A DNA stretch of 64,000 nucleotides, taken from Thermoplasmata archaeon. Lineage in GTDB: Archaea > Thermoplasmatota > Thermoplasmata > Lutacidiplasmatales > UBA184. Made by a program: the position numbers and the translations under genes. The notes beneath the pieces were generated by a model. The model was not told the origin of the DNA, searched no databases, and saw nothing but the letters and a program-made list of their open reading frames with translations. The stretch spans positions 12,940 through 76,939 of the forward strand of contig DATGZQ010000019.1 in assembly GCA_035297125.1 (NCBI GenBank). Reading direction: 5' to 3'. Below, in pieces: positions 46,343 through 55,966 of this stretch. Every line of letters starts with the position of its first letter. Within the stretch, counting starts at the first letter, position 1.

Positions 46343-47527
46343 ATGCGAGCGGTCGTCCTCGGAGGCGGGGGGCTCACGGGCCGGTGCGCGGTCCGGGACC
46401 TCGCGCGCGGGGGCGTCTTCGATTCCGTGGTCGTGGCCGACCTCGACCCCAACCTGGCCGCCGAGGCCGCGCGGGCCGCGGGGGCGGGAGCATCGGCCGT
46501 CCCGATCGACGTACGCGACCACGCGGCGCTCGTACGGCTGCTCGACGGCGCGTCGGTCGTGGTGAACGCCGTGCAGTACACGTTCAACCTCGAGGTGATG
46601 GAGGCGGCCCGTGAGGCGCGGGTGACCTACCTCGATTTCGGCGGGCTCTTCCACATGACACGGCGCCAGCTCGCGCTGGACGCGGCGTTCCGAAAGGCCG
46701 GGCTTCTCGCCATCCCCGGCCTGGGGCAGGTGCCCGGAATCTCGAACGTTCTCGCGATGGAGGCGTCGGCGGACCTAGACCGGGTCGATTCCCTAGTCTT
46801 CCGGGACGGGTGGCGGGACCTCACCGTGGGGGGGCCCGAGATCTCGTTCTCATGGTCCCCCAGCACGTTCCTCGACGAGATGGTCCTGCCCGCGGTCGTG
46901 TTCGAGGACGGGGAGTACCACGACCACCCGCCGATGAGCGCGCCGGAGGAGTTCGATTTCGGCCCGCCTATCGGCCGGACCAGGATCTACCGCACGCTCC
47001 ACTCGGAACCGGCGACCCTGCCGGAGAGCCTGAAGACGAAGGGACTGCGGCACTGCGAATGGAAGGAGGGCGGGACGGGGATCGATGTCCTCCGTACCAT
47101 GGCCCTCCTCGGGATGGCGTCAGACAAGCCGCTCGAGGTACGGGGGACGAGCGTGGTTCCGCGGGAGTTCACGCTCGCGCTCCTCCGACGAGGGCACCTC
47201 CTCGGCGTCCCGGCCGGCGTGGTCGTCAACGACTGGGAGAGCTTGAACATCGAGGTCAGGGGGACCTCGCACGGTCGGCCCGTCGTCCGGCACGCCGTCG
47301 CCTGGTTCCCGCCGCGGCCGGATTGGCACCTCTCCGCGACGGAGTACGCCGTCGGGGTCGCAGGCGCCATCGGGGCCGAGCTGATCGCATCGGGAGAGAT
47401 CCGCGGCGAGGGAGTGATCCCGCCCGAGCGGTGCGTCCCTCCCGGACCGTTCCGGGCAGCGCTCGAACGCCGCGGCATACGGACCGCGATCGTCCCCCCC
47501 GACGCCCCCCTGCCTCCCCCCCAATGA
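46343..47527 (+). CDS. saccharopine dehydrogenase-like NAD(P)-binding oxidoreductase
   Basis: 394 aa. Rossmann VVLGGGGLTGRCAV. Sacchrp_dh_NADP-like layout. Confidence 0.6.
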   Translation: MRAVVLGGGGLTGRCAVRDLARGGVFDSVVVADLDPNLAAEAARAAGAGASAVPIDVRDHAALVRLLDGASVVVNAVQYTFNLEVMEAAREARVTYLDFGGLFHMTRRQLALDAAFRKAGLLAIPGLGQVPGISNVLAMEASADLDRVDSLVFRDGWRDLTVGGPEISFSWSPSTFLDEMVLPAVVFEDGEYHDHPPMSAPEEFDFGPPIGRTRIYRTLHSEPATLPESLKTKGLRHCEWKEGGTGIDVLRTMALLGMASDKPLEVRGTSVVPREFTLALLRRGHLLGVPAGVVVNDWESLNIEVRGTSHGRPVVRHAVAWFPPRPDWHLSATEYAVGVAGAIGAELIASGEIRGEGVIPPERCVPPGPFRAALERRGIRTAIVPPDAPLPPPQ

Positions 47528-47661
47528 CCGGCTCGGCGCCCCCAAATCGCGGATTCGTGCGATAAATGTGGCCTCCAGATGGCCCCAATCTATGGATTCA
47601 GTGTTGTAACCTATCGGAAGGACACTGTTAGAAACTGTTTCATGACATCTACCTTTTATTC

Positions 47662-47692
47662 CCGTCCCCGGGCATCTATATATACGCACCCG
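47662..47692 (+). promoter_or_regulatory. TATA box embedded in an inverted repeat upstream of the aminotransferase gene
   Basis: CCCCGGGC-ATCTATATATAC-GCACCCGGGG places the TATA box (47676-47685) between 7-bp inverted arms CCCCGGG/CCCGGGG, about 40 bp upstream of ATG 47725, in the AT-rich gap 47530-47724. Confidence 0.4.
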
Positions 47693-47724
47693 GGGCTCAT
47701 CGAGACCGCGTAGATGCGTTTCCT

Positions 47725-49302
47725 ATGGCGGAGTCGGAACCCGCCCCGATCGTGCTGTTACCGGACCGTCCGGCTCTCGGGCCGGGGCCCGGTCCGGCCC
47801 TCCGGCCCCTGAACGCGGAAGGCACCGCGGTCCCCCCTCCGACCCCTCCCGCGGGCTCCCCCGCCGAAGAAGCTCCCCGCGAGACGAAGAAGGAGGCCAC
47901 GCCCGAGCCGGCCCCGGTCCCCGAAGCCGAGGTCGTCCCGCTCCCGATACCCATCGCCCGGCTCGTCCCGAAGCTGAAGAAGAGCCAGAAGCTCTTCGAG
48001 GAGGGCAAGAAGCGCATCCCCAACTCCTCAAGCTCGCTGATCCGGGTCGCGTCGTACGACCCGTGTCCCCCGTTCATCAACCGAGGCAAGGGCGCCCGGA
48101 TCTGGGACGAGGACGGGAACGAGTACCTCGACTTCAACCTCGCCTACGGGGTCCTGATCAACGGCCACGCGCCCGAGGCCCAGGTGAAGGCGATCCAGGA
48201 GGCGGTCGAGCTGGGGCTCCATTTCGCCTCTCCGACGGTCCTCGAGATCGAGGTCGCGAAGCTGTTCCAGAAGCTCGTGCCCAGCGCCGAGCGGGTCGCG
48301 TTCTGCTCGAATGGCTCCGACGCGACCATGAACGCCATCCGGATCGCGCGGGCGGTCACGGGAAAGGACGCCATCCTGAAGTTCGAGGGCCACTACCACG
48401 GCCAGCACGACCTGGCGCTGATCAGCGCCGAGGCGCCTCCCGTGGTCTCCGGGCTCGACGAGTACCCGCGGCCGATGCCGAACTCGGCCGGGATCCCTCC
48501 CGGGGTCATGGACTACGTGATCGTCGCTCCGTACAACTCCATCGTGGCGTTCGAGCGGATGGTCCGCCGCTACCGCGACCGGCTGGCCGCGGTGATCCTC
48601 GAGCCGATCATGGCGAACGCGGGCGTCATCCCTCCCGCCCCGGACTTCTTGAAGCGCCTGGTAGAGATCGCCCACGAGAATGACATGCTGGTGATCTTCG
48701 ACGAGGTCTTCACCGGGTTCCGGGTCGCGCCGGGGGGGGCGCAGCAGCTCTACTCGGTGGAGCCCGACATCTCGTGCTGGGCGAAGGCCCTGGGCGGTGG
48801 GGTCCCGATCTCCGCGGTCTCGGGAAAGGCGGAGTACATGGACATGATCGCCCCCGGGCGGATCTCGTTCGGAGGGACGTACTTCGCGAACAACATCTCG
48901 CTCGCGGGGGCGCTCGCGAACCTGAAGACCTTGCACAAGGGGGGCGAGGAGCTCTACGCGCGGTTCGGGCGGCTCACCCAGAAGCTCGAGAAGGGGCTCG
49001 AGGAAGCCGGCCGGGACGCGAAGATCAACATCCTGATCCAGTCCGTGAACGGGATGCTGCAGTTCTTCTTCACGCGACGGAAGAAGATCGTGAACTATCG
49101 CGAGTCGCTCCAGATCGACTGGAACCTCTACCTCCGCCACCACCAGCTCCTGCTCGACCACGGGATCTACACCCACCCCGACAACTACGAGCGGCTCACC
49201 TTCTCGAGCGCGCACACCGAGAAGGACGTCGAGCAGTTCGTCCAGACCGCCACCGAGACGTTCAAGGAACTGAAGACCCTGCCCCGTGACTACCTCCCGT
49301 AG
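47725..49302 (+). CDS. class III (GSA-aminomutase-like) PLP aminotransferase with Pro/Ala-rich N-terminal extension
   Basis: 525 aa. LAYGVLINGHAPEA and PLP-Lys context SCWAKALGGGVPISAV are hemL-like. The first 90 aa are low-complexity. Confidence 0.75.
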   Translation: MAESEPAPIVLLPDRPALGPGPGPALRPLNAEGTAVPPPTPPAGSPAEEAPRETKKEATPEPAPVPEAEVVPLPIPIARLVPKLKKSQKLFEEGKKRIPNSSSSLIRVASYDPCPPFINRGKGARIWDEDGNEYLDFNLAYGVLINGHAPEAQVKAIQEAVELGLHFASPTVLEIEVAKLFQKLVPSAERVAFCSNGSDATMNAIRIARAVTGKDAILKFEGHYHGQHDLALISAEAPPVVSGLDEYPRPMPNSAGIPPGVMDYVIVAPYNSIVAFERMVRRYRDRLAAVILEPIMANAGVIPPAPDFLKRLVEIAHENDMLVIFDEVFTGFRVAPGGAQQLYSVEPDISCWAKALGGGVPISAVSGKAEYMDMIAPGRISFGGTYFANNISLAGALANLKTLHKGGEELYARFGRLTQKLEKGLEEAGRDAKINILIQSVNGMLQFFFTRRKKIVNYRESLQIDWNLYLRHHQLLLDHGIYTHPDNYERLTFSSAHTEKDVEQFVQTATETFKELKTLPRDYLP

Positions 49303-49413
49303 GTCGGCCCGGCCCGCGCGGGGGGCGCGAATGGCGATTTTATACCGGGTCATCGTGGGGTAACCGGGAGTCGCGAGGGGCGATCGCCTCGCCTTTCGCC
49401 AATACCGTCGGGG

Positions 49414-50439
49414 ATGGGACGGAGTCCGAGCGATCTCGCGGTCTTCGTCGGCAAGCGCCTCCTCCAGCTGATCCCCGTCCTCCTCGGGATCACGATCCTC
49501 ACCTTTGCCATCACCCATCTCTCGACCGCGAACTGGTGCGCAGCGTCGTTCCCGCACGCCGACAAGGCCACGCTCGCCGATTGCCAGGCCCAGTTCCAGA
49601 AACCGGTCCTGGTCCAGTACTGGACGTATCTCGTCAACCTCCTCCACGGCAACTGGGGTACCTCCTCCACGGGCGTGCCGGTCTACCCGCAGATCGCCGA
49701 CGGGCTCCCCGCGACCGTCGAGCTCGTCCTCGCCTCCCTGTTCCTGATGATCGTGATCGGGATCCCGCTCGGGGTGGTCGCAGCGCAGTCCGCGGGCCGC
49801 TGGGCCGACCACCTCGTGCGGATCTTCTACCTCACGGGATGGGCCACTCCGACGTATCTCGGGACGGTGATCGCCGCCATCCTCCTCGCGCCCTACTTAG
49901 GGCTCCCATCCCACGGACAGTACACGACCCAGCCACCCCCGTTCCACGAGTGGACGCACATGTCCGTGATCGACCCGCTGCTGGCGGGCAATCTCGCCTG
50001 GGAGGGCGACGCGATCGAGCACCTGATCCTGCCGGCGTCCGTCCTCGCGTTCGTGAACATGGGAATCGCGACGCGGATGACGCGTAGCTCGATGCTCGAG
50101 GTGATCCCGCTCGACTACGTGAAGAGCGCCCGGATGAAGGGGCTCTCCGAGTTCTGGGTGATGTACAAGCACGCGCTGAGGAACGCGCTGATCACCACCA
50201 CGACCGTCCTCGGGGTGACCGCGGGCGGTCTCCTCGCCGGGACCGTCGTCGTCGAGGAGGTGTTCGGCTGGGGAGGGATGGGGCAGTACGCCTACACCTC
50301 CATCGGCGGCGGCGGAAGTCCGGCGAACTTCGACGGAGCGCTCGCGGTCGTGGCCATCTTCGCCGCCGGCGTGGTCATCGCGAACCTGATCGCCGACGTG
50401 CTCTACGGGCTCCTCGACCCGCGCGTGGATTGGAGGTAG
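49414..50439 (+). CDS. peptide/nickel-type ABC transporter permease (DppB/OppB-like)
   Basis: 341 aa. Six predicted TM helices and an EAA-like loop (SARMKGLSE). Confidence 0.8.
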   Translation: MGRSPSDLAVFVGKRLLQLIPVLLGITILTFAITHLSTANWCAASFPHADKATLADCQAQFQKPVLVQYWTYLVNLLHGNWGTSSTGVPVYPQIADGLPATVELVLASLFLMIVIGIPLGVVAAQSAGRWADHLVRIFYLTGWATPTYLGTVIAAILLAPYLGLPSHGQYTTQPPPFHEWTHMSVIDPLLAGNLAWEGDAIEHLILPASVLAFVNMGIATRMTRSSMLEVIPLDYVKSARMKGLSEFWVMYKHALRNALITTTTVLGVTAGGLLAGTVVVEEVFGWGGMGQYAYTSIGGGGSPANFDGALAVVAIFAAGVVIANLIADVLYGLLDPRVDWR

Positions 50440-50443
50440 GGCG

Positions 50444-51508
50444 GTGTCGGCTCCTTCCTCTACCGGACCTTCGGCCGGCGCGTTGGCCGTCCGTCAGGTC
50501 CGACGCGCGGGCCGGGCCGTTCACACGCTCACGCGCGTGCTCCGCGCGAACCCGCTGACGCTGGTCGGGTTCGTCCTCGTCGTCGTGATCGCCGTCACCG
50601 CGGTCTTGGTGCTGGTGGCCCCCCACCTCCTGACGCCGTACGCGCCCGACCAGGGCACGACCGACTACACCCAGGGGCCGTCGTGGAACCACCCGCTCGG
50701 GACGGACGGGAACGGGATCGACATCTACGCAGAGGCCCTGTACGCCCTGCCCCTCGACCTCGCGCTCGCGTTCGCTATCGCCGGGGTGGCGATGCTGGGG
50801 GGAGGCGCGCTCGGTCTGGTCGCCGGCTACTGGGACCGCCCCGGCACGCTCGGGGGCGCGCTCTCCGTGGTCGTGATGCGGGTCACCGACATCTTCCTCG
50901 CGTTCCCCAGCCTGATCCTGGCGCTCGCGATCGCGGTGTCGCTCGGACGCGGCGTGGTCCAGCTCGTGGTCGCGATCCTGGTCACTTGGTGGCCGTACTA
51001 CGTACGGCTGGTCCGGGGCGAGACCCTCGCGGTGAAGCACCTGCCGTACGTCACGGCCGCGAAGGCGGCCGGGGTGACCGACCGCCGGATCGTCCTCCGG
51101 CACATCCTCCGCAACGTCCTCGAGCCGGTGGTAGTCTACTTCTCCCTCGACATCGGGACCGTCCTCGTGACGCTCTCGACCATCGGGTTCGTCGGCCTCG
51201 GGCTGAACTACCCGACCACGGCGGAATGGGGGAGCATGATCTCCTACTACCAGGTCGCCGGATTCATCACGGCCTATCCGTGGACGGTCCTCGGGCCGGG
51301 GGCGGCGATCTTCGTGACGGTGCTCGCGTTCAGCCTGCTGGGTGACGGGCTGAGGGACGTCCTCGACCCCCGCAGCCGGCGGGTCCTCGCCGGCTCCGGC
51401 GGGCCGGACTCCACCTCTCCCGCCTCCGTCGACCCCACGCCCTCGCCGTCCGCCGGCCCGCTGCCCGGGGAGGGTCTCCCGGCCGCGGCTCCGGGAGGGA
51501 TGACGTGA
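50444..51508 (+). CDS. peptide/nickel-type ABC transporter permease (DppC/OppC-like)
   Basis: 354 aa. TM-rich. EAA-like region AAKAAGVTDRRIVLRHILRN. Confidence 0.8.
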   Translation: MSAPSSTGPSAGALAVRQVRRAGRAVHTLTRVLRANPLTLVGFVLVVVIAVTAVLVLVAPHLLTPYAPDQGTTDYTQGPSWNHPLGTDGNGIDIYAEALYALPLDLALAFAIAGVAMLGGGALGLVAGYWDRPGTLGGALSVVVMRVTDIFLAFPSLILALAIAVSLGRGVVQLVVAILVTWWPYYVRLVRGETLAVKHLPYVTAAKAAGVTDRRIVLRHILRNVLEPVVVYFSLDIGTVLVTLSTIGFVGLGLNYPTTAEWGSMISYYQVAGFITAYPWTVLGPGAAIFVTVLAFSLLGDGLRDVLDPRSRRVLAGSGGPDSTSPASVDPTPSPSAGPLPGEGLPAAAPGGMT

Positions 51509-52644
51509 CCGGTCCGGTCCTCTCCATCCGCGACCTGACGATCGATTATGTGATCGGAGCGGGCCGCTTCCGGGCGGTCTCGGGGGTATCGTTCGACGTC
51601 GCCCCGGGGCGCGTGATGGGGATCGTTGGGGAGACCGGGTGCGGGAAGAGCACTCTTGCGCAGGCGATTCCCCGCCTCCTGCCGGAACCGCCGGCGACCA
51701 TCGGTGGCGGGTCCATCGAGTTCAACGGGGTCGACCTCGTGAAGGTCCCTCAGTGGAAGATGCCCCGGATCCGCGGGACCGGCATCAGCATGATCTTCCA
51801 GGAGCCGCTCAACTCGCTGAACCCGGCGTTCCGGATCTACGACCAGCTCGCGGAGGCGGTCCGCATACGCCAGGCCCGGGACGCGGGGCACACAGTACTC
51901 GACCGCCGGGAGGCCCCGCCGTTCGACTACACGCGCCGGCCGAAACCCGAGGTCGGGGATGCGCTCGTTCGGCCGCTGGTGCCGGGGGGCGCCACGGCGA
52001 AGGCGGCGCGCCGCTCGCTCTCCGGCCGCCGCGAGCTGCGCGAGGACGTCCTCGAGTACCTTCGCCTCGTGCGGATCAACGACCCGGAGACGATCCTCGA
52101 CCTCTACCCGCACGAGCTCTCGGGCGGGATGCGCCAGCGCGTGATGATCGCGATGGCCCTCTCCGAGCGGCCGGCGCTCCTGATCGCCGACGAGCCGACC
52201 AGCGCGCTGGACGTGACGATCCAGGCCCAGGTCCTGACGCTGATGAAGGACCTCATCGAGGAAGTCGACACGTCGATCCTGTTCATCAGCCACGACCTCG
52301 GCGTCATCGCGGAGACGGCGGACGAGCTGGGCGTGATGTACGCGGGGAAGCTGGTGGAGCTCGGCCCCGTCGACGAGATCTTCGGATCGCCGCGGCACCC
52401 GTACACGAAGGCCCTCCTCCGCGCAGCGCCGACCCGCTACAAGTCCGACGGCCCCCTCCTCTCGATCCCGGGGTCCGTGCCGAACCTCGCGAAGCCTCCG
52501 GCGGGCTGCCGATTCCATCCCCGCTGCCCGATCGCGAAGGACGTCTGCCGTGCCGAGCCGGCACCCCCGCTCGACCTGGTCGCAGGGACGGCGTCGCACC
52601 GCAGCGCCTGCCACTTCGCGGCGGAGGTGCCGCAGCTCGTATGA
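51505..52644 (+). CDS. ABC transporter ATP-binding protein (OppD/DppD-like) with a 50-aa insertion
   Basis: Walker A GETGCGKST, signature LSGGMRQRV, Walker B LLIADEPTSALD, and the oligopeptide C-terminal domain HPYTKALL...CRFHPRCP. Confidence 0.85.
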   Translation: MTGPVLSIRDLTIDYVIGAGRFRAVSGVSFDVAPGRVMGIVGETGCGKSTLAQAIPRLLPEPPATIGGGSIEFNGVDLVKVPQWKMPRIRGTGISMIFQEPLNSLNPAFRIYDQLAEAVRIRQARDAGHTVLDRREAPPFDYTRRPKPEVGDALVRPLVPGGATAKAARRSLSGRRELREDVLEYLRLVRINDPETILDLYPHELSGGMRQRVMIAMALSERPALLIADEPTSALDVTIQAQVLTLMKDLIEEVDTSILFISHDLGVIAETADELGVMYAGKLVELGPVDEIFGSPRHPYTKALLRAAPTRYKSDGPLLSIPGSVPNLAKPPAGCRFHPRCPIAKDVCRAEPAPPLDLVAGTASHRSACHFAAEVPQLV

Positions 52645-53933
52645 CGGACGGTCCCCTGGTCGAGACGGTCGGTCTCGAGAAGCAGTTCCCCCTCACCCGC
52701 ACCGCGAGCGAGTACTTCGGTGGCAAGGCCGCCCGGGGGATCCACGCGGTCGACGGCGTCTCCCTCACGATCCTCCCGGGAGAGACCCTCGGGCTCATCG
52801 GCGAATCGGGGTCGGGAAAGACGACCCTCGGGTGGCTGGTCGCCCGGCTGCACGACGCGACCGGGGGAGCGTACCGATTCGGGGACGAGGAGATCCTCAC
52901 GGATCGCCAGCGCAGGGAAGTTCGGCGAGATCGTGCCCAGGCGATCCGGGAGAACCGCGTCATCCTCCGTGAGAATCGCAAGCGTCTTCGGCACAACCGC
53001 CGGCTCGAGAGCGAGCAGCGGCACCCCTCGGCCCCCGCGCCGAGCCCGGGGGCCGGATCGAAGGCCGAGCCTCGTGTCCCCATCGAGATGGTGCCGTTGA
53101 AGCCGGTGCCTCCCGCACCGCCCAGGGGCAGGGTCGCCGCGCAGCGCCTGAGACGCTGGCGCCGGAACGTGCAGATCGTCTTCCAGGACCCGGTCGGGTC
53201 GCTCGACCCCCGCCTCAAGGTCTGGCAGATCGTCTCCGAGCCGCTCCGCGCCCAGGGAGAGAACGACCGCAAGAAGCTCCGCGAGCGGGTTCGGGCCCTC
53301 CTGCCGACGGTCGGGCTGCCCCCGGACTGCCTGGACCAGTACCCCCACGAGTTCTCGGGGGGCGGCCGGCAGCGCATCTCGCTCGCGCGGGCGTTCAGCG
53401 TCGACCCGAAGCTCGTGATCCTCGACGAGCCGACCAGCGCGCTGGACGTCGCCGTCCAGGCCCAGATCCTGAACCGTCTGGTCGAGTTCCAGAAGGAGCG
53501 CTCGGTCGCCTACCTCCTGATCACCCACAACGTCGCGGCCGTCCGGTACGTCGCCGACCGGGTCGCGGTGATGTACCTCGGCCGGATCGTCGAGCTCGGG
53601 ACGGTCCGCGGCGTCCTCGAGCGCCCGGTCCACCCGTACACGAAAGCGCTCCTCGCCGCCGTGCCGGTCGCGGACGCGCGCCGCCGGCGCGCCCGGTTCC
53701 GGATCGGCGGGGACGTCCCGTCGCTCATCGACCTGCCTCCCGGGTGCCGCTTCGCTCCCCGGTGCCCGTTCGTGGTCGACCGGTGCCGGACCGAGTACCC
53801 GGCGCTACGCGAGATCCCGGGCGCGCCGGGCCAACGGATCGCCTGCCACAGAGCGGAGGAAGTCCGGGACGTCGCCCCGGAGACGCTCCTTACCGTGGAC
53901 AAGCCGGCGCCGGCCGCGACCCCCGCGCCCTAG
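52641..53933 (+). CDS. ABC transporter ATP-binding protein (OppF/DppF-like) with an 85-aa Arg-rich insertion
   Basis: ATGA overlap with the previous gene. Walker A GESGSGKTT, signature FSGGGRQRI, Walker B LVILDEPTSALD, and C-terminal HPYTKALL...CRFAPRCP. Confidence 0.85.
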   Translation: MTDGPLVETVGLEKQFPLTRTASEYFGGKAARGIHAVDGVSLTILPGETLGLIGESGSGKTTLGWLVARLHDATGGAYRFGDEEILTDRQRREVRRDRAQAIRENRVILRENRKRLRHNRRLESEQRHPSAPAPSPGAGSKAEPRVPIEMVPLKPVPPAPPRGRVAAQRLRRWRRNVQIVFQDPVGSLDPRLKVWQIVSEPLRAQGENDRKKLRERVRALLPTVGLPPDCLDQYPHEFSGGGRQRISLARAFSVDPKLVILDEPTSALDVAVQAQILNRLVEFQKERSVAYLLITHNVAAVRYVADRVAVMYLGRIVELGTVRGVLERPVHPYTKALLAAVPVADARRRRARFRIGGDVPSLIDLPPGCRFAPRCPFVVDRCRTEYPALREIPGAPGQRIACHRAEEVRDVAPETLLTVDKPAPAATPAP

Positions 53934-55819
53934 CCCGCCCACTGCGAGTTGAACAGGAACGCGAACGGCTCGGCGCTGGCCATCGGGTTCGTGACCACCC
54001 CGTGGAGGTGGGCCGAGTAGACGGAGAAGGAGGCGGGAACGACGAGCCAGATGTCCGTGTAGTTGTCGAACATCAGCTGCGTCATCGTGCTGTAGTACGC
54101 CGTGAGGTTGGTCGCATTCTGGCTGCTGGCGGCGGCGTAGGCGTCCGCGGTCACGGTCGTGTTGTTGTAGCCCGACATACACGCGTTCGCGCTGCCCGTG
54201 TTCACGGCGTCGTTCTGGGTCCAGTCGTCCGGCGAGATGTAGTCGGACGTGTAGAACTCCTGGCCCATGTAGAACGGCCCGCCGTTGGTCGAGGTCGCGG
54301 TCGTGCAGACCCCGTTGCCGTTCAGCGCCTGCTCCTCGTACAGCTCGCTGAGCGAGATCGGGACCGGGTCGATGTTGAGCCCGATCTGCTGGAGGTCGCC
54401 CTTGAGGAACTGGGCGGTCTCGGCCCAGTCGATCCCCGTGTCGAGGTAGGCGTACTTGATGGAGAGCCCGGCGCAGGCGTTGCCGGCGCACGGCGAGTTC
54501 GCGATCTCCGCCCGAGCGAGCGTCAGGTTGTAGGCGTAGGGGTCCAGGTTCGAGGGATTGTAGTACGGGTACGACGGGGGCACCGGCCCGACCCACTGCG
54601 TGGCGTAGCCGCCGAACGCCTGCTGGATGATCTGGCCGTAGTTGATCGCGTGCGCAATCGCGGCCCTCACGGAGAGGTTGTCGAACGGGAAGACGCTCTG
54701 GTTGAGGTAGATCCACCACGAGCCGCTGGTCGACCCGTAGATCGTCGGGAGCTCCTTGACGACGAGGCAGCTCTTCCCCTGGAGCGCGTGGATGGTCGCC
54801 GGCCCGATGTAGGCGAACGAGGCGCTGGCCACGTCCCCGATCTCGAGGTCGTTGGTCGTGATGTCGACCGAGTCCTGGAAGACGACGTCGACGGTCGTGT
54901 TCGCGGGCTGGAGGAGCGTGTTCCACGGCTCGGTGGTCCACGCGGCGTGCCCCCAGTAGTTGGGATTCGGGGAGAGGGTGTAGCCGCCCCCCGGGAGCCC
55001 GTTGTAGTACGTGAGGAGGTACTGGCCGGTGCCGACCATGTCGTCCGAAAGGTACGTGTTCGGCTGGCCCCCGAGCGAGGTCGACCAGAAAACCCCCCCG
55101 TTCGCCTGGACGACCGCCGGGTCGACCGCATACGAGGTCGGGGCCGAGATCGAGGCAAGCAGGTAGGCGTAGGGGGAGTATCCGAGGTAGCCGTACCCTA
55201 CGTTGAGCTCGATCTCCAGCGGGTTGATCACCTGGAACGACTGGTTCGCCGTCTCCATCAGGGCGATCTCCGTGGCGTTCGGTGCGAAGAAGTTCCAGGT
55301 GTTGAGGTCGTTGTCCAGGGTGACGTTCGCCGTCTGGACCGCCGAGAGGTTGGACGAGTAGTTGAGCGGGTTCGAGGCGTTGAAGTTCGTCGAGAAGAAG
55401 TTCTCCTCGAGGATGAACTGCGGCCCGCCCGTGAGGAGCAGGCTGCGGTAGAGGCTGAACCACTGGACGTAGGCGTTATACGGGTCGCCGTTCGAGAAGT
55501 GGACCCCGCTCCGCAGGGTGAAGTTCCAGTCCAGCCCGTTCGGGGACTCGGTCCAGTTCTTCGCCAGCACGCCGGTGAAATTGGTCGCGCTCGACCCGTT
55601 GTAGTTGACGAGCCCCTGGTAGACCTGCTGGACCGCCGCCCAGCCGGGGGTCGAGAACGTCTCACCGGGGTCGAGCGAGTCCGGGATCTCCGACTGGTCG
55701 ACCACCATCGGGTTCGTCTGGTGGAGGCAGCTCGAACCAAGCGCCCGCAGGGAGACCCCCGCTCCGATCAGGACCACGACGATCCCGAGAACGACCGCGT
55801 TCCGCCACTTCGGGTCCAT
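53930..55819 (-). CDS. ABC transporter substrate-binding protein, family 5 (peptide/nickel), membrane-anchored and N-glycosylation-sequon rich
   Basis: The ATG at 55819 gives MDPKWRNAVVLGIVVVLIGAG (lipobox-like, SSC). SBP_bac_5-like body with many NxS/T sequons. The ORF track adds 35 junk residues upstream. Confidence 0.75.
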   Translation of the reverse strand: MDPKWRNAVVLGIVVVLIGAGVSLRALGSSCLHQTNPMVVDQSEIPDSLDPGETFSTPGWAAVQQVYQGLVNYNGSSATNFTGVLAKNWTESPNGLDWNFTLRSGVHFSNGDPYNAYVQWFSLYRSLLLTGGPQFILEENFFSTNFNASNPLNYSSNLSAVQTANVTLDNDLNTWNFFAPNATEIALMETANQSFQVINPLEIELNVGYGYLGYSPYAYLLASISAPTSYAVDPAVVQANGGVFWSTSLGGQPNTYLSDDMVGTGQYLLTYYNGLPGGGYTLSPNPNYWGHAAWTTEPWNTLLQPANTTVDVVFQDSVDITTNDLEIGDVASASFAYIGPATIHALQGKSCLVVKELPTIYGSTSGSWWIYLNQSVFPFDNLSVRAAIAHAINYGQIIQQAFGGYATQWVGPVPPSYPYYNPSNLDPYAYNLTLARAEIANSPCAGNACAGLSIKYAYLDTGIDWAETAQFLKGDLQQIGLNIDPVPISLSELYEEQALNGNGVCTTATSTNGGPFYMGQEFYTSDYISPDDWTQNDAVNTGSANACMSGYNNTTVTADAYAAASSQNATNLTAYYSTMTQLMFDNYTDIWLVVPASFSVYSAHLHGVVTNPMASAEPFAFLFNSQWAG

Positions 55820-55966
55820 CGCGCGTATCCGAGAGGCCGAATCCCCCCACGCCGTCCCTCCTTGATATAGTGCCGCTCGGGGCCATCGCCCCCGCGGGAA
55901 GGCCCGGCCCCGGCGGCCCGGCAACCATCTTTACCCGCCCGACCTCTTGACGGTCGCGGAGGGACG

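Noticed and set aside
47530-47724. AT-rich 190-bp island as a possible mobile-element end or att site
   Set aside because: There is no adjacent recombinase or tRNA. The sequence is better explained as a promoter region with a TATA box and an inverted repeat.
53744-55870. 708-aa plus-strand ORF over the substrate-binding protein gene
   Set aside because: R/V/G/E/D-rich junk. The minus-strand frame encodes a family-5 SBP with a lipobox-like N-terminus.
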